From the NCBI GenBank assembly GCA_038087875.1, contig CM075988.1, positions 20,400,001 to 20,464,000 on the forward strand: a stretch of DNA of 64,000 bases. Reading direction: 5' to 3'. Position 1 is the first letter of the stretch. Each line of letters opens with the position of its first letter. The position numbers and the translations under genes are program-made. Below the pieces are notes generated by a model. That model ran no database searches. It was not told the DNA's origin and saw only the letters and a program-made list of their open reading frames with translations. Source of the stretch: Malacoraja senta. Its lineage: Eukaryota. This document shows, one piece after another, positions 12,738-25,454 of this stretch.

Positions 12738-12833
12738 AGACACAAAATACTGGAGCAATTCAGCAGGTCAGGCAGCATCTCTGGAGAAAAGGAATAGGTG
12801 ACGTTTCGGGTCGGAACCCTTCTTCTGGCTGAA
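12738..12833 (-). mobile_element. Penelope-derived short element
   Basis: gacgtttcgggtcggaacccttcttctggctga is the reverse complement of the core with one substitution. Confidence 0.8.
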
Positions 12834-13309
12834 AGATAGAGAAGGCTAGAATAAAATAGGGAAGAATTGTTGGTGGGCCTGAATTCTGCAGATTTACCAC
12901 CCTCTAACTAAAGATGTTCCTCCTCATCTCCTTTCTAAAGGTCCGTCCTTTTGTTCTGAGGCTAACCTCCTTACACCTGGCACTGTGGTTCATCATTGAC
13001 TGGGAAACATGGTTTGGGCATGGAGCAGTGGCATCTGGAGCTCACCATCCCTCAGGCACAGTGCGTTAAGTGCAGGGAATGAGTGATCATACAACCATTG
13101 AACTACATCAGGCTTGCCACTGCTAACCTGTGAGTAAATGGATAGGGATGGGAGGGGTCACAATACAAGCAGAAATCATCTCAAAACGTGGACCTTTTGA
13201 GTGGCAATTCTTACTGTTGTCAACAGGAGTGTTCTGAACTCAATGACGTCCACATTTCTGTAGATGGAGGCCATTGAGTTTATGATGTCTTTGACAAATC
13301 CTCATCAGT

Positions 13310-13660
13310 CCCATCCCTCCATTTATCTCACTGCAACCTATTCTCTCTCGCCTGCCTAGCAACTCCCCCAAGTCTTTTCATGCACCTACATTAAGGAGAA
13401 TTTTGCAGTTGAGCAACTAAACTCTCAGCACATCCTTGAGATATGGGAGGGAAGTGGAGCACAGGGTAAACCAATGAGGTCACATGGAGGACACAACGAG
13501 CTGGAGTAACTCAGAGGGTCAGGCAGCATCGCTGGAGAACATGGATAGGTGAGGTGAGGTTTTCGGGTCAAAACCCTTCTTCAGCCTGATCGGCAAACTC
13601 TACACTGATAGCACCTGAGGTCAGGTTCAAACCCCAGTCAGTAAAGCACATGCCACCCCA
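13310..13660 (-). mobile_element. Old HE1-like SINE carrying a Penelope-derived insert (~13490-13590)
   Basis: Degenerate SINE motifs on both sides of gctggagtaactcagagggtcaggcagcatc...cccttcttcag. Confidence 0.6.
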
Positions 13661-14559
13661 TGTAAACGGGATTCCCAATACACGATTGAATAAGTAACTT
13701 CAGCTCAAATTAAAGCATTGATGATTTAGCACACACTGGAAATTGGCAGTAAACTATCGGCCAACTTGTGGAGAACCTTTGGATAGGATAGATTTAAAAG
13801 GATATGGATATGCATGCAGGTGGGGCTAGTGTAGATGGGACATGTTGGTCAGTGTGGGCAAGTTAGGCTGTTTCCACACTGTGTGACTCTATAACAGCAG
13901 ACATGGGACTTCCATCTGACACTGTAGAGATACATACCACTCCTGAAAAAAACTTGTTTTTTCCCTTGTTCATGCCTATTCCCATGCATCGGAGTTTAAA
14001 ATATCTGCAACTCATTTTCCAAAGATGGGGGGGGGACTTTGCAATCAAAAGGGCCTTTGTGGTTTTACACATTCAACTAAATGGCTTGAAAGTTTTTCTT
14101 AAAACTGACAAATGTTTCCCAGAACCACGATAGAGCAGAGTTTGCTATTATTGCAAAGCAGCTGTGGAAACAGACAATGTGGTCACCAAACAAACTGGGA
14201 AAACATTTCTGGAAAGTGCAGCTGGATAATCCCAACGTGTGGATAGCTCCAGTTCTATTACGTAAGGTGTGGAAGAATTGGAATATCCATCCTGCAAGTC
14301 TTTGACAGGATGTGAATGATGACTGCAAGGTGATTAAGATTTTTCTTTCACCGCAGGGGTACTGGAATAGTCACAGCTGCTGTTACCCATGGAGATCTTT
14401 TATTCTGAATATGTATCAAGAACATAATTCAAAACCGACGTCTATTTATTGTTTGATCAGTCAACCATGTCAGGACTACATCAGGCATTGCTTGCAGAAC
14501 CAAAAGATCTTGGCTAGATTTGAGTCCACCTCAAAGAGGTTTTTTTGTTGCCGTATTGA

Positions 14560-14803
14560 AAGACACAGCATTGAAACAGGCCCTTCGGCCCACCGAGTCC
14601 ATGCCAAACATCGATCACCTGTTCACACTAGTTCAATGTTATTCCAATTTCACATCCACTCCCGACATACTGGGGGCAATTTACAGGGGCCAATTAAACC
14701 TAGAAACCTGCGCATCTTTGGGATCTGGGAGGAAACCAGAGCACCTAGAGGAAACCCGCGTAGTCACAGGGATAATGTGCAAACTCCACACAGACAGCAC
14801 CTG
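14560..14803 (-). mobile_element. HE1-like V-SINE, 5'-truncated
   Basis: acaggcccttcggcccaccgagtcc...caaactccacacagacagcacc. Confidence 0.85.
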
Positions 14804-14971
14804 CTATACTCATGAATAGTATAGTATTACTGGAGGTCTGTTTGTGTCCCTGCATGGTGAGAGGGGAGTGGTAAAAATATAGGTGTTAGTGCTATCAGAA
14901 TGGGGGTAGTTGGTGGAATGCCCAACATGATGCTGTTAAACTGATTTCATCTATCTAGTTGGACTAGCGTA

Positions 14972-15288
14972 GTGACCTTTCTGTCCTGGGCCTCCTCTAT
15001 GGCCAGAGTGAGCACCACCGGATATTGGAGGAGCAGCACCTCATATTCCGCTTGGGTAGTCTGCACCCTAGCGGCATAAACATTGAATTCTCCAATTTCC
15101 GGTAGCCCTTGCTGTCTCCTCCCCTTATCAGCTCTCCCTCAGCCCTCAGGCTCCTCCTCTTCCTTCCTTCTCCCCGCCCCCACCCCACATCAGTCTGAAG
15201 AAGGGTTTCGGCCCGAAACGTTGCCTATTTCCTTCGCTCCATTGATGCTGCTGCACCCGCTGAGTTTCTCCAGCACTTTTGTCTACCG
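14972..15288 (+). mobile_element. Penelope-like element 3' end (GIY-YIG C-terminus, pyrimidine-rich UTR, hammerhead)
   Basis: Reads DLSVLGLLYGQSEHHRILEEQHLIFRLGSLHPSGINIEFSNFR*; homologous to ORF 35892-36242. Confidence 0.85.
15191..15225 (+). ncRNA. Minimal type I hammerhead ribozyme motif
   Basis: CTGAAGA (15195-15201), A, GGG-TTTCGG-CCC, GAAA (15215-15218), CGTT; catalytic core residues present, helix I very short. Confidence 0.6.
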
Positions 15289-15589
15289 TAGATGGGACAT
15301 ATTGGTCGGTGTGGGAAAGTTGGGCTGAAGGGTCTGTTTCCACACTGTATCACTCTATGACTGCAGTGTGACATCACATCATTTGCTATTGGTCCCAAAG
15401 GCAATTACAATGCAAATTCACACAGGATAAACACAGACATTCATGTGAAATATGCTTGCAATTACTCGACACTGCCAAAACCAACAGTCCCCATACTCTG
15501 CATTACCTGTGCTGAGGTTGGTGCTAAACCAACACTTTGCTTTCTCTGCAGGTTATTTGAAATGCTGCCCGGCATAAGGGCCACTAGAT

Positions 15590-15687
15590 CAGTCTGAAGA
15601 AGGGTCTCGACCCGAAGTCACCTATTCCTTCGCTCCATAGATGCTGCCTCACCCGCTGAGTTTTCTCCAGCATTTTTGTCAACCTTC
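15590..15687 (+). mobile_element. Penelope-derived short element
   Basis: Flanked by GGCCACTAGAT (15579-15589) and GGCCACTTGAT (15688-15698). Confidence 0.85.
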
Positions 15688-16259
15688 GGCCACTTGATAT
15701 GGTCAGTTCTCCACAGCCATTGAGAATCAATGCAGGAACTGTTCACACTTTGGCATAAATACAGGCCGACTGAGAATAAACCAGACCCTACGGAAACACA
15801 GCAGAGATCAGAAAGAGATATATTTGAGTAAGAGAACTGGTATTTAATGCATCAAATCTGTTGTTTGGAGAGTGTGGAATTGTACCAATATTTTTTACTA
15901 ATGCTGCAATGAGCTGCATTTATCGTGCCCCCTTTACACGGAGCAATGTGCGTCACTCAAACTGATCTGATGTTAATCCAACTTTTTCCCCTCATTCCCA
16001 TTGACTCCACCCAGATGTTACCACATACCTCCATTTACAGTGGCCGGGTAACCTAGTAAACTGCACATCTTTGCAATGTGTAGGAGGAAATCAGAGCATC
16101 CAAAGGAAACCCATCCGGGAGAACGTGCAAACTCCACATAGACAGCACCCGAGGTCAACATTGAACCTGACTGGCCTGATTGGCCTGTATCACTAAAAAC
16201 TAAAACTCTTCTATTCACAGTTCTATTTGCTTTAAACCACATTCCCATTAGCTTTAAAA

Positions 16260-16800
16260 TAGTTATGGATAAGGATAGGGTTGTTCCACAAGTTAAAGTT
16301 CTGAAAAGGGGCAAGGCCAACTTTCATGGTATTAGATAGGAACTTGCAGAAGTTAAAAAGACACAAAGTGCTGGAGTAACTTCGCTGGTCAAGCAACATC
16401 CCTGGAGAACATTGTTGGGTGACATTTTAGGCAGATTATTTTGTGGGGGGGTGGATGAAAGCTAGAAGAGGATGGGCGGGGCAAAGCATGGTCATCTTTT
16501 CACTAAGAGGTATTGAGTATATGGAACGACCTGCTGGAGGAGGTAGTTGAGAGTTGAGGCAGTTACTATAACAACATTAAGAATACATTTGGACAGGTAC
16601 ATGTATAGGAAAGGTTTAGAGTGATATGGGCCAAATGTGGGCAGGTGGGACTAGCTAGATGGGCACCTTGGGCATGGGCAAGCTGAGCCAAAGGAACTGT
16701 TTTCATGCCATATGACTCTATGACTCTCCAAATGGGACTAGCTTAGACAGGGCATCTTGGTCGGCAGGGATGAGTTGTGCCAAAGGGCTGACTCTGACTT
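16260..16800 (+). mobile_element. CR1 fragments with a minus-strand Penelope-derived piece (~16355-16495)
   Basis: KVKVLKRGKANFHGIR.ELAEV-like segment; 3' end ttcactaagaggtattgagtatatggaacg...tatgactctatgact. Confidence 0.65.
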
Positions 16801-17445
16801 AACCCTTAGTACCTATTTACCATTGTAAATTTAGAATGTTCCTCCACCTCAAGAGATCAAAAAAATCTGAAGTTATTCCTAGAAAAATGTTTCAAATCAC
16901 ATATTAGGTATTACTTTGCAATGTATTTGGTCTGGCCATTACTTACTCCTCACGCCAACTCGTGACATGTGATTTATCACTGTTTTTATCAAAGCCAGTG
17001 ACTCATGAGTGGTTTCGTAAAGTCTTACTCATGAAGGAGGAGAAACTGGGGACTTCACCTGCAACCACAGCTTGGGCAGGATTTACTGTAACACTTGAGT
17101 GAGATTAAAAACAAATAGAAATGTAATGCTTTAAAGAAAGTTTATTTATAAACTGTCACTGAGACATATGGAAGTGTTCAGTGTGGATGCTGAGGCTGGG
17201 GTCCAAAGCCAGCAGTGGTTATTTCAGGCACCTGGTTTCAGGGTTCGAAGGATATCTTTTGCATGCATGATCTCAGCCAGTGTGACACTCGGCCAAGTTG
17301 CATACTTCACAAACAATGTGCTGGCAAGCCGACCTTACTCACTGATTTCTACATGTTGATCCTTGTTTCACGTTCTTCTGCCTTTGCTGTTCAGAAGAAA
17401 AGGTTCACAGTTTCCCTGCAGAAGTCCAATCAATCCTTCCCTTAT

Positions 17446-17947
17446 TTTAGAGATGCAGCGTGGAAACAGGCCCTTTGACCCTCCGAATCCACTCTGACCA
17501 GCGATCACCCTTGCACTAGTTCTATCAGTTTAGTTTACTGTCCAAGGTACAGTGAAAAGCTTTTGTTGCGTGCTATCCAGTCAGCAGAAAGACAATACAT
17601 AATTAGACTCGAGCCATTTACAGTGTATAGATATACTGTATCCATGATAAGGGAATATCCTACACACCAGGGACAATTTACAGAAACCAATTAACCTATG
17701 GATCTGCACGTCTTTGGAAAGCTGGAACACCTGGAGAAACCCCATTCAGTCACAGAGAGAACGTACAAACTCTATGTTCAGGATCGAACCCAGGTCACTG
17801 GCGCTGTAAGGCAGCAAATCTACCACTGCGCCACTGTGCCACCCTCAGGAGAAAGTTTCTACGCAAACATTACCTGAGGTCAGGATCAAATCCGATCTAT
17901 GGCGCTGTGAGGCAGGAACTCTACCAGCTGCACCACTCTGCCGCCCA
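17446..17947 (-). mobile_element. HE1-like SINE with Rex-type tail insert (17527-17656) and a second SINE head
   Basis: Two tRNA-like heads ending ~17843 and ~17947; insert aggtacagtgaaaagcttttgttgcgtgctatccag. Confidence 0.8.
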
Positions 17948-18564
17948 CATAGATTTAGTTTTTTGCTTGATGTATTCATATTTCACTGCAATATCTCTGT
18001 TATATGTGAAATTTGAGCAGTATTTTTCCCTTGAGTTTTTGAGAAAAGGTCCCATTGTATTAATCCAGATAAATCAAGCCAAGCAGTCATGCCATTGAAA
18101 TATGCTGACTTGTTAATTTTGCAAATTACAAGAAGCGGTTTTCCTCTGCGGATTCTTAACGGAGAGAAGCTAATGTACTGTTACTTCTCAAATGATGTTA
18201 ATGAGGCTGGAAAGAGTTACAAACTGTGCTTTATCAGTCGACACATAAAACTGAAGCTAGCAGCATGCAATGCGAGGAACTGGCAGTGATAAATTGTGAA
18301 ACCAGCCCATCTCATCCGAGCACTGGGTTCATTGGCATTAGGAACGCTGTATCATATACCTTGTTTCACTCATGGATTAAGAATGTTACTGATCTTATCG
18401 GTGGTGAGACATCCTTAATTTTATAACTAATGTTACTTATGAAGGCAAACTGCGAATTGTAATATTGAATATCACCAAGTTCATATGCGTGATGGTGTTA
18501 CCAGATCACAAAAACACCTCTGCATTTTTGGAACGCATGAAAGGGTTGAACAGTCTGGAATCTC

Positions 18565-18910
18565 TTGGAGTGATACAGCACGGAAACAGGTCCATTGGTC
18601 CAATGCCCATGACAAGCAAGACGTCCCATCTAAGCTAGCCCTGTCTGCCTGCGTTTGGCCCAACTCCCTCTGAACCTTTCCTATCCATGTACTTGTCCAA
18701 GTGTATTTTAAATGGTCTTATTGTACCTGCCTCAACTACCTCCTCTGGCAGCTCGTTCCATGTACCCACCACCCTCTGAGTGAAAAAGTTGTCCCAAGAG
18801 TTCCTTTTAAATCTTGTCCTTCTCGTCTTAAACCAATGCTCTTTGGTTCTTGATTCTCCCACCCTGGGTAAAAGACTGTGCATTCACCCTATCTATTCCC
18901 CTTATGATTT
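18565..18910 (-). mobile_element. CR1 3' end
   Basis: ORF 18635-18883: FFTQRVVGTWNELPEEVVEAGTI. Confidence 0.9.
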
Positions 18911-19083
18911 TAGTCACACCAGAGGTATCTTATTTGGGAGCATTGAATTACTGACAGCTGCCAATAAAGGTGGAGATGCAAGGAACAGCAGATGATGGAA
19001 TCTTGAGCAGAAATCAAGGTGCTGGAGGAACTCAGTGTGCCAGGCAACGTCTGTGGAGGGAATGGACAGAAGACATTTTAGTT

Positions 19084-19221
19084 TGGGACCCTATCTCACT
19101 ACTGTCTGTAATTCCTACATTGAAGGATCAATGTGTAATAATGTCACTAGAACAGGTCATGCATTAAAAACAAAATGCCTCCAGTGTGCGGAAGATTAAT
19201 CTCGACAGGCACATTCAAGTG

Positions 19222-19276
<55 letters not shown>

Positions 19277-19819
19277 TTTTTTAATTGATATTTTTATTAG
19301 AAGCAATGTACAGTAGTATAAACCATGTGTAACATAATACATTTCATGTACAACTTCTTGTTTTAAATCTAATAATAGAGAAGTAACAGAAGCAAGAAAA
19401 AGAGGGAAAGAGAAAGTTAAGTAAAGTAGTGATATTGATAGTTCGTGAAAGAATAGAGAGAAAGAACCCGTAAAGGTATAAAGAAAGAGAAAAAAAAAAG
19501 AGAGAAAAAAAATAATAATAAGAAGAAGAAATCAAAACAAGAAAAAAAATAAAAAGGAAAAGGGATATACCTGCTTCATATCTTTCCACACCCCTCACCC
19601 AGTTCTGAAACAGTTAATTTCCAGGATTATGTTGCACCATACACTTGTAATAAGTCGAGAAAAGGAGACCAAATGGGACCCTATCTCACTACTTTCTCTC
19701 TGTAATTCCTACATTGAAGGATCAATGTGTAATAATGTCACTAGAACAGGTCATGCATTAAAAACAAAATGCCTCCGGTGTGTGGAAGATTATTCTCGAC
19801 AGGCACATTCAAGTGTAAA
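19084..19819. repeat. ~142-bp direct duplication (19084-19225 and 19674-19819)
   Basis: Both copies run tgggaccctatctcactact...gacaggcacattcaagtgtaaa with a few differences. Confidence 0.95.
19226..19673 (-). mobile_element. L1/Tx1-like LINE 3' end with poly(A) and (TA)n
   Basis: Minus strand reads IWSPFLDLLQVYGAT*, then a T-rich UTR, AATAAA, A-tract and (TA)n. Confidence 0.7.
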
Positions 19820-19876
19820 GATCAGTGAGATAACATTAACATGTCTTCGAAACTGATAAATGCAAACAAGAAATTG

Positions 19877-20080
19877 CAGCCTTAGCCTTTGTCCAACCAT
19901 CTGCCTATCACCCCTAACCCCTCTCACCTGTATCCACCTATTACCTGCCAGACTTTGTCCAGCTTTCTTTCCCTCCCTCCCCCCACAATCAAAGAAGGGT
20001 CCTGACCCGAAATGCCACCTACCCATGTTCTTCAGATGCTGCTGACCTGCTGAATTACTCCAGCACATGGTATCTTTTTT
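19877..20080 (+). mobile_element. Penelope-like 3' UTR/pLTR fragment
   Basis: Pyrimidine-rich tract then aagaagggtcctgacccgaaatgcc...gatgctgctgacctgctgaattactccagca. Confidence 0.75.
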
Positions 20081-20990
20081 TAATGCAAACTTTTCTCCAT
20101 CAGTGCATGTTTGCACATCAAAGAATTCCTATATTGAGCAAACTGGTCGAAGATGGTTCAGTCAGATCGGAGGGTTGTGTCAATCATATACAGTGATATG
20201 ATATTGGGATTATAAGTAAAGAGGATTAAAAAATAGAGCAACAATTTATAACGACCAAAGACCATATCGTGAGTTTTTACAATTGGGTAGTGGCAACTCA
20301 AATCTTCCAGCATTAATGAATGTAATATTTAGAGAGAGAGAGATTGCCAAAGATAGGGAGACTAAAAGACAGAGCGTGAGTTACAATGAAAGATGAATGT
20401 TGTATATGGTGCAGAATTCAGATGTCCTATTGCAGTACAACATTTTGCATGATAACATCAATAAAAGTACATACCATCTTTCATCATAATTTACAATATT
20501 TGTATTTAACTATCAGTTTTTTATTCATGTTATTTGATTGGTTTTAATTTACATTTTAAAGGAGTTCTGACTCACACGGAGGGTGGTGGGAATATGAAAT
20601 AAGTAAGTAAAAGTAATTGAGGCAGAAAGTATTTTGCCTCAAAAGTAAGACACTTGGGCAGGTGCGTGGGGAGGAAAGGTTTAGAGGATGTGGGCCTGTT
20701 TCAGTGTTGTATGACTCTATGACTTCATGGGTCGAGTAGCTCTGTTAACCTCGCCTGGTTTTCTCCACCTCGATGAATTCAGGCCATTTCTGAGGAGAAC
20801 TGCAGGAGAAACAACTTTCAGTAACTCAGGCCCAAAATCCCAAAGTGCATAACATCCCACTTTTTCATCTTATATTCCCTCTGCTGATTCCACCTCTCCA
20901 TGCCCTCCTGAAGCTTCTTTGCACTCTTCTCACAACATGCGAACACCACCACCTGCTGGTTCTTTTCCAATCTAGCCATTGCACGGACAT

Positions 20991-21113
20991 AAAGAAGGGT
21001 CTCGACCCAAAACGTCACCTATTCCTTCGCTCCATAGATGCTGCCTCACCCGCTGAGTTTTTCCAGCATTTTTGTCAACCTTTGATTTTTCCAGCATCTG
21101 CAGTTCTTTCTTA
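20991..21113 (+). mobile_element. Penelope-derived short element
   Basis: TSD GACATAAA at 20986-20993 and 21114-21121. Confidence 0.8.
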
Positions 21114-21157
21114 GACATAAATATACATCTCTGTTCCTTCGATTAATACTGGGCTAA

Positions 21158-23430
21158 GTCATGGAGTCACACACCACGGAAGCATTTGGCCCAACGTTCA
21201 TGCTGACCAAGATGTCTCATCTAACTAGTCCGATCTGCCTGCTTTTGGCCCATATCCCTCTAAACATTTTCTATCCGTGTACCTGTCCAAATGTCTTTGA
21301 AATTTTGTTATAGTACCTGCCTCAACTACCTCCTCTGGCAGCTTGTTCCATATACCCACACCACACTTTGTGTGAAAAGGTTGTTCCTTAAGTTCATGTT
21401 AAACCTTTCTCCTCTCACCTTAAACCTATCTCTCTGGTTCTTGAGAACCTAAACTAAACTACATTATAGTATCAATATACAGTCAGCATACAGTTAGAAA
21501 ACAGTTAGGACAAAGGGAATTTGAGTGATTGCTCTTTAGTTATGCCATGAAGGTGCTCGAGTGTAGTGAGGAGTTTTAATGAAGTGAAGGGATGTGACCT
21601 TTGCAGGCTGACCCAGTGTTTAATAGTTCATCCCTAGATGCCTCTCGGCTGCTGAACCTAGAGTGTGGAACAGGACACCACAGGAACAGGCCCTTTGGCC
21701 CACAATAACTGTGCCCAACATGATGCCAAGATAAACTAATCTCATCTGCCTGCACATGATTCATATCCCACTATTTCCTGCATATATTGTACAGGTGCCT
21801 ATATAAAAGCCTCTTAAATGCCACTGTGGTATGTGCTTACACCACATCCCGGCAACTCGCCGCTCTGCGTTAGAAAATTTCCCCACACCACAGTCGAGAA
21901 CTACTGCAAACCATTGAGTGAGGTTATAATCTCAGGGTGGATGGAATTAAGTGCTGAATTTATGACTTCATGCTAACAAGGTGTTAGACAAATTGACAAT
22001 AAAAAAAGTCGTTTCTTCTGCATATTGTGTTTATTTATTCCCACATAAATTCTGCAAGGGTGAATTTTTATTCCATGTCTTAGCCAGTGATTTGTGAATT
22101 CCCTGAGGATGATTTTCCATCAGCCCAATGGGCTTTAGGTCACCTGCACCAGGTGCAATCAAAGGCATCACTCCTGTTATTGTAGCTCCGACAAAACACT
22201 CCTTATCGCTTCCAGACACACGTTTGTTTGCCAGAGCTAACTTTCCAAGATGGTTTCATAAAACCCTTCAGCCCACAATGCTGCCAAATTAATCTAATCT
22301 CCAATGTCTGCCTTTGTGTGATCCATATTCCTTCATTCCCTGCATATCTAAAAGTCTCTTAAATGCCACTATCCTATTTGCTTCCACCACCACTCCTGGC
22401 AGAACATTCCAGGACTCTCTGTGTAAAATAATTGCCTGCACATATCTTCTTTGAACTTTCCCCTTCTGACGTTAAAGCTATGTCCTCTAGTCTTAGACAT
22501 TTCCACCCTGGAAAATAGGATCTAACTATCTACCTTATCTCTGTCTCCCATAATGTTATAAAGTTTTATCGGTACCTGGATAGGACAGGTTTGGAGGGAT
22601 ATTGACCAAGCTCAGGCAGGTGGGACTAGTGTAGCTGGGACATGTTGACCAGTGTGGGCAAGTTGGGCTGAACGGCCTGTTTCCCTCTATCACTGTATCA
22701 CTCTATGACTCTAAAGGGCCTGTCCCACGTGGGCATCATTTGCGCGTCACGCAGGTGGCACGCGAGGATTTTGAGAATCCCCAAATCCTGGGGCACTGCA
22801 CGTCACTCCCTACGCCACCACGTCTCACCACGTGCCATGCGTGCATCGTGATGCGTAAATGACGTGCAAATAACGCCCAAGTGGGACAGGCCCTTGAGTC
22901 TCCTCCTCAGTCTCTGGCGCTTCAGAGAAAACAATCCCAGTCTGCCCAACCTCTCCTCTGACCAACAGTACATGCAAGAACAGACCCTTCGGCCCCCAAT
23001 ATCTGTGCCGAACACGATGCCAAGTCCATCTCTTATCTATCTGCACATAATCCCTGCATTCCCTGCATATCCATATGCTATCCAAAAGTCTCTTAGATGC
23101 CACAAGGATATCTGCTTCAACCACCATGCCCGGCAGCAAATTCCAGACACCACATTCTGTGTAAAAAAACCATGACAAGCACAACTCATTTAAACTTTGC
23201 CCCTCTCTCCTTAACGTTATGCCTTCTAGTATTTGATTTTTCTATCCGGAGAAAAAGGATTCTGACTGTCTACCTCATCTATGCCTCTCATAATTTCACA
23301 TACTTTTATCAGGTCTCTTCCGCAACCTCCGACGCTCCATATAAAACAATCCATGACTGTCCAACCACTCCCTGTAGCTAATACTCCCTAATCTAGGCAT
23401 CATTCCGGATAACCTCCTCTACACCTTCTT
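21158..23430. mobile_element. Cluster of CR1 3' fragments (~21158-21445 -, 21660-21890 -, 22255-22570 -, 22571-22713 +, 22896-23430 -)
   Basis: Repeated WN.LP..VVEA-coding and gggccgaagggcctg 3' UTR motifs, with short unique spacers. Confidence 0.75.
22715..22894. mobile_element. PIF/Harbinger-type MITE
   Basis: TIRs AGGGCCTGTCCCAC...GTGGGACAGGCCCT; flanks TAA/TGA; non-coding CpG-rich interior. Confidence 0.8.
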
Positions 23431-23786
23431 CAGACTGTGCTGGATTATGTGCAAAGTTCATCAAACATGCACCTTACTGGATGACAGCCCACCCATGTTG
23501 GGGCCCATGACTCCAACGACCAAGAGAAGGACAACCAAAGAAAACCAGGAGAATGATCCCAAGCAATAGGTGAACGAAGGATGATTTCTCACTGCATATG
23601 GTACAAAGTGGAATGGCAAATGAGTTAGCCTTTAGCACTTGTTGATTAATCTATTATGGCAGCACCAATGATTATCGTTTATCCCACAATGAGATTGGTG
23701 GGATCATGGAGGGATGACTTTCAGAGGGAACAAAAACATGTGAAGATGTTCCAAGTTACTCTGTTTTAATGCTCCTTCATCATCTG

Positions 23787-24044
23787 GTCTAGAACGGAGA
23801 CGAGGAAACACTTTTTCTCACAGAGAGTGGTGAGTCTGTGGAATTCTCTGCCTCAGAGGGCGGTGGAGGTCGGTTCTCTGGATGCTTTCAAGAGAGAGCT
23901 AGATAGGGCTCTTAAATAGCGGAGTCAGGGGATATGGGAAGAAGGTACTGATTGGGGATGATCAGCCATGATCACATTGAATGGCGGTGCTGGCTCGAAG
24001 GGCCAAATGGCCTACTCCTGCACCTATTGTCTATTGTCTATTGT
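23787..24044 (+). mobile_element. CR1 3' end, (CTATTGT)n tail
   Basis: RTETRKHFFSQRVVSLWNSLPQRAVE; tail ctattgtctattgtctattgt. Confidence 0.95.
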
Positions 24045-24231
24045 GTCAGGACGTGAGAAAGACTAAACTTTAGAGAAAATTGCATCAAGCAGGAAAGCTG
24101 AAAGAGAGCTTTGAGTAGATTTCACCTGCCGGTTTAAAGGTGGCCTCTGTGAGCCATTGCCTTTGGAGGAACAGGGTAACCACAGTGCAAAATTAGTATT
24201 GCAAAGGCATTCTCAAATGAAGTTAAGAAGT

Positions 24232-24540
24232 GGGCGGCACAGTGGTGCAGCTGCTAGAGCTGCTGCCTCGCAGCGCCAGAGACCCAGGTTTGATCCTGAC
24301 CTCGGGTGCTGTCCGGGTGGAGTTTTCATGTTCTCCCTGGGACCGCGTGGGTTTCCTCTGGGTGCTCTGGTTTCCTCCCACATCCCAAAGACATGCAGGT
24401 TTGTAAGTTAATTGGCTTTTGTAAATGTCCCGAGTATGTAGGGTGTGGATGAGAATGTAGGATAACATAGAACTAGTGCGAATGGATGACCGATGGTCAG
24501 CGTGGACTTGATGCGCGAAAGGGCCTTTTCTATAACTTTC
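24232..24540 (+). mobile_element. HE1-like V-SINE
   Basis: tRNA-like head, V-domain, CR1-like end. Confidence 0.9.
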
Positions 24541-25454
24541 AATCAAAGAAAAGTTAACATATTTCCCTGCACAGGATGTTGCGGGAGAACTAATAACTGC
24601 GCCAAAGACACTACAAAGATGCAGGGGAACTCAATGTGCTACTACTTAAACAGAGCACCAGGAAGCAGTCATGGATTTTGAACGCAGGAGGGCTGTGTAA
24701 GGACTTTATAAGACACTAGATTTTAATACTTCTGTGATCTCACCAAATGGGTGTGGGTGTCATATTTCCATAAACTGCTGTGTTTTACAGGATCATGTAA
24801 ATGATTAATACTCCATGTAGCTGAGAGCTTAAAACTGCATGATGAATACCTTAAGAGAGTTTGTCTTTGGATCAGATTCTTGATTCAATTAGCAATTATA
24901 AATAAGTGGAAAGGCACTTAGAGTCATAGTCACAGAACCATACAATAGGAAAACAGGTCCTTCGAGTAATATAGCTTATACAGTATGCCCTTCAGCCCAA
25001 GCCGACCAAGATGCCTCATCTACGCTAGTCCCGTTTGCCTGTGTTTGGCCCATATCTCTCTAAATCTTTCCTATCCATGTACCTGTCCAAAGGTCATTTA
25101 AATATTGTTATTTTATCTACCTCCTCTGGCAGCTCGTTCCATATACCCACCACACTCTGATTGAAAAAGTTCCCCCTTGGGTTGCTATTAAACCTGGTCC
25201 CTTGTGAGAAAATAAATAGCTGAGCTGAATTGGAAGGCATGCAGGCAATGGGAGTGATGGAGTTTCTGCATGAATGGGTGAGAATGAATGGCTGAGGAAG
25301 CTCCTTCACGGTGCAATCACTTCTTTGGTTCAACGATTCTACTGGAATCCCTGCAATGATCAATATTCTGGTTGTATGGAATCCACTGATCTCACCCTCA
25401 TCTTTCCGGTATTAACGCACTAATCAACACATGTCCATCGTCCAAGTCTCTAAA

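Noticed and set aside
14312..14815. 167-aa plus-strand ORF
   Set aside because: Second half is antisense SINE; first half has no recognisable domain
19084..19819. Direct repeats read as LTRs of a miniature LTR element
   Set aside because: No CA end, PBS or outer TSD; the interior is a poly(A)-tailed LINE end
23455..23555. Possible RTE LINE C-terminal remnant (PREGQPKKT-like)
   Set aside because: Too short and degenerate to support
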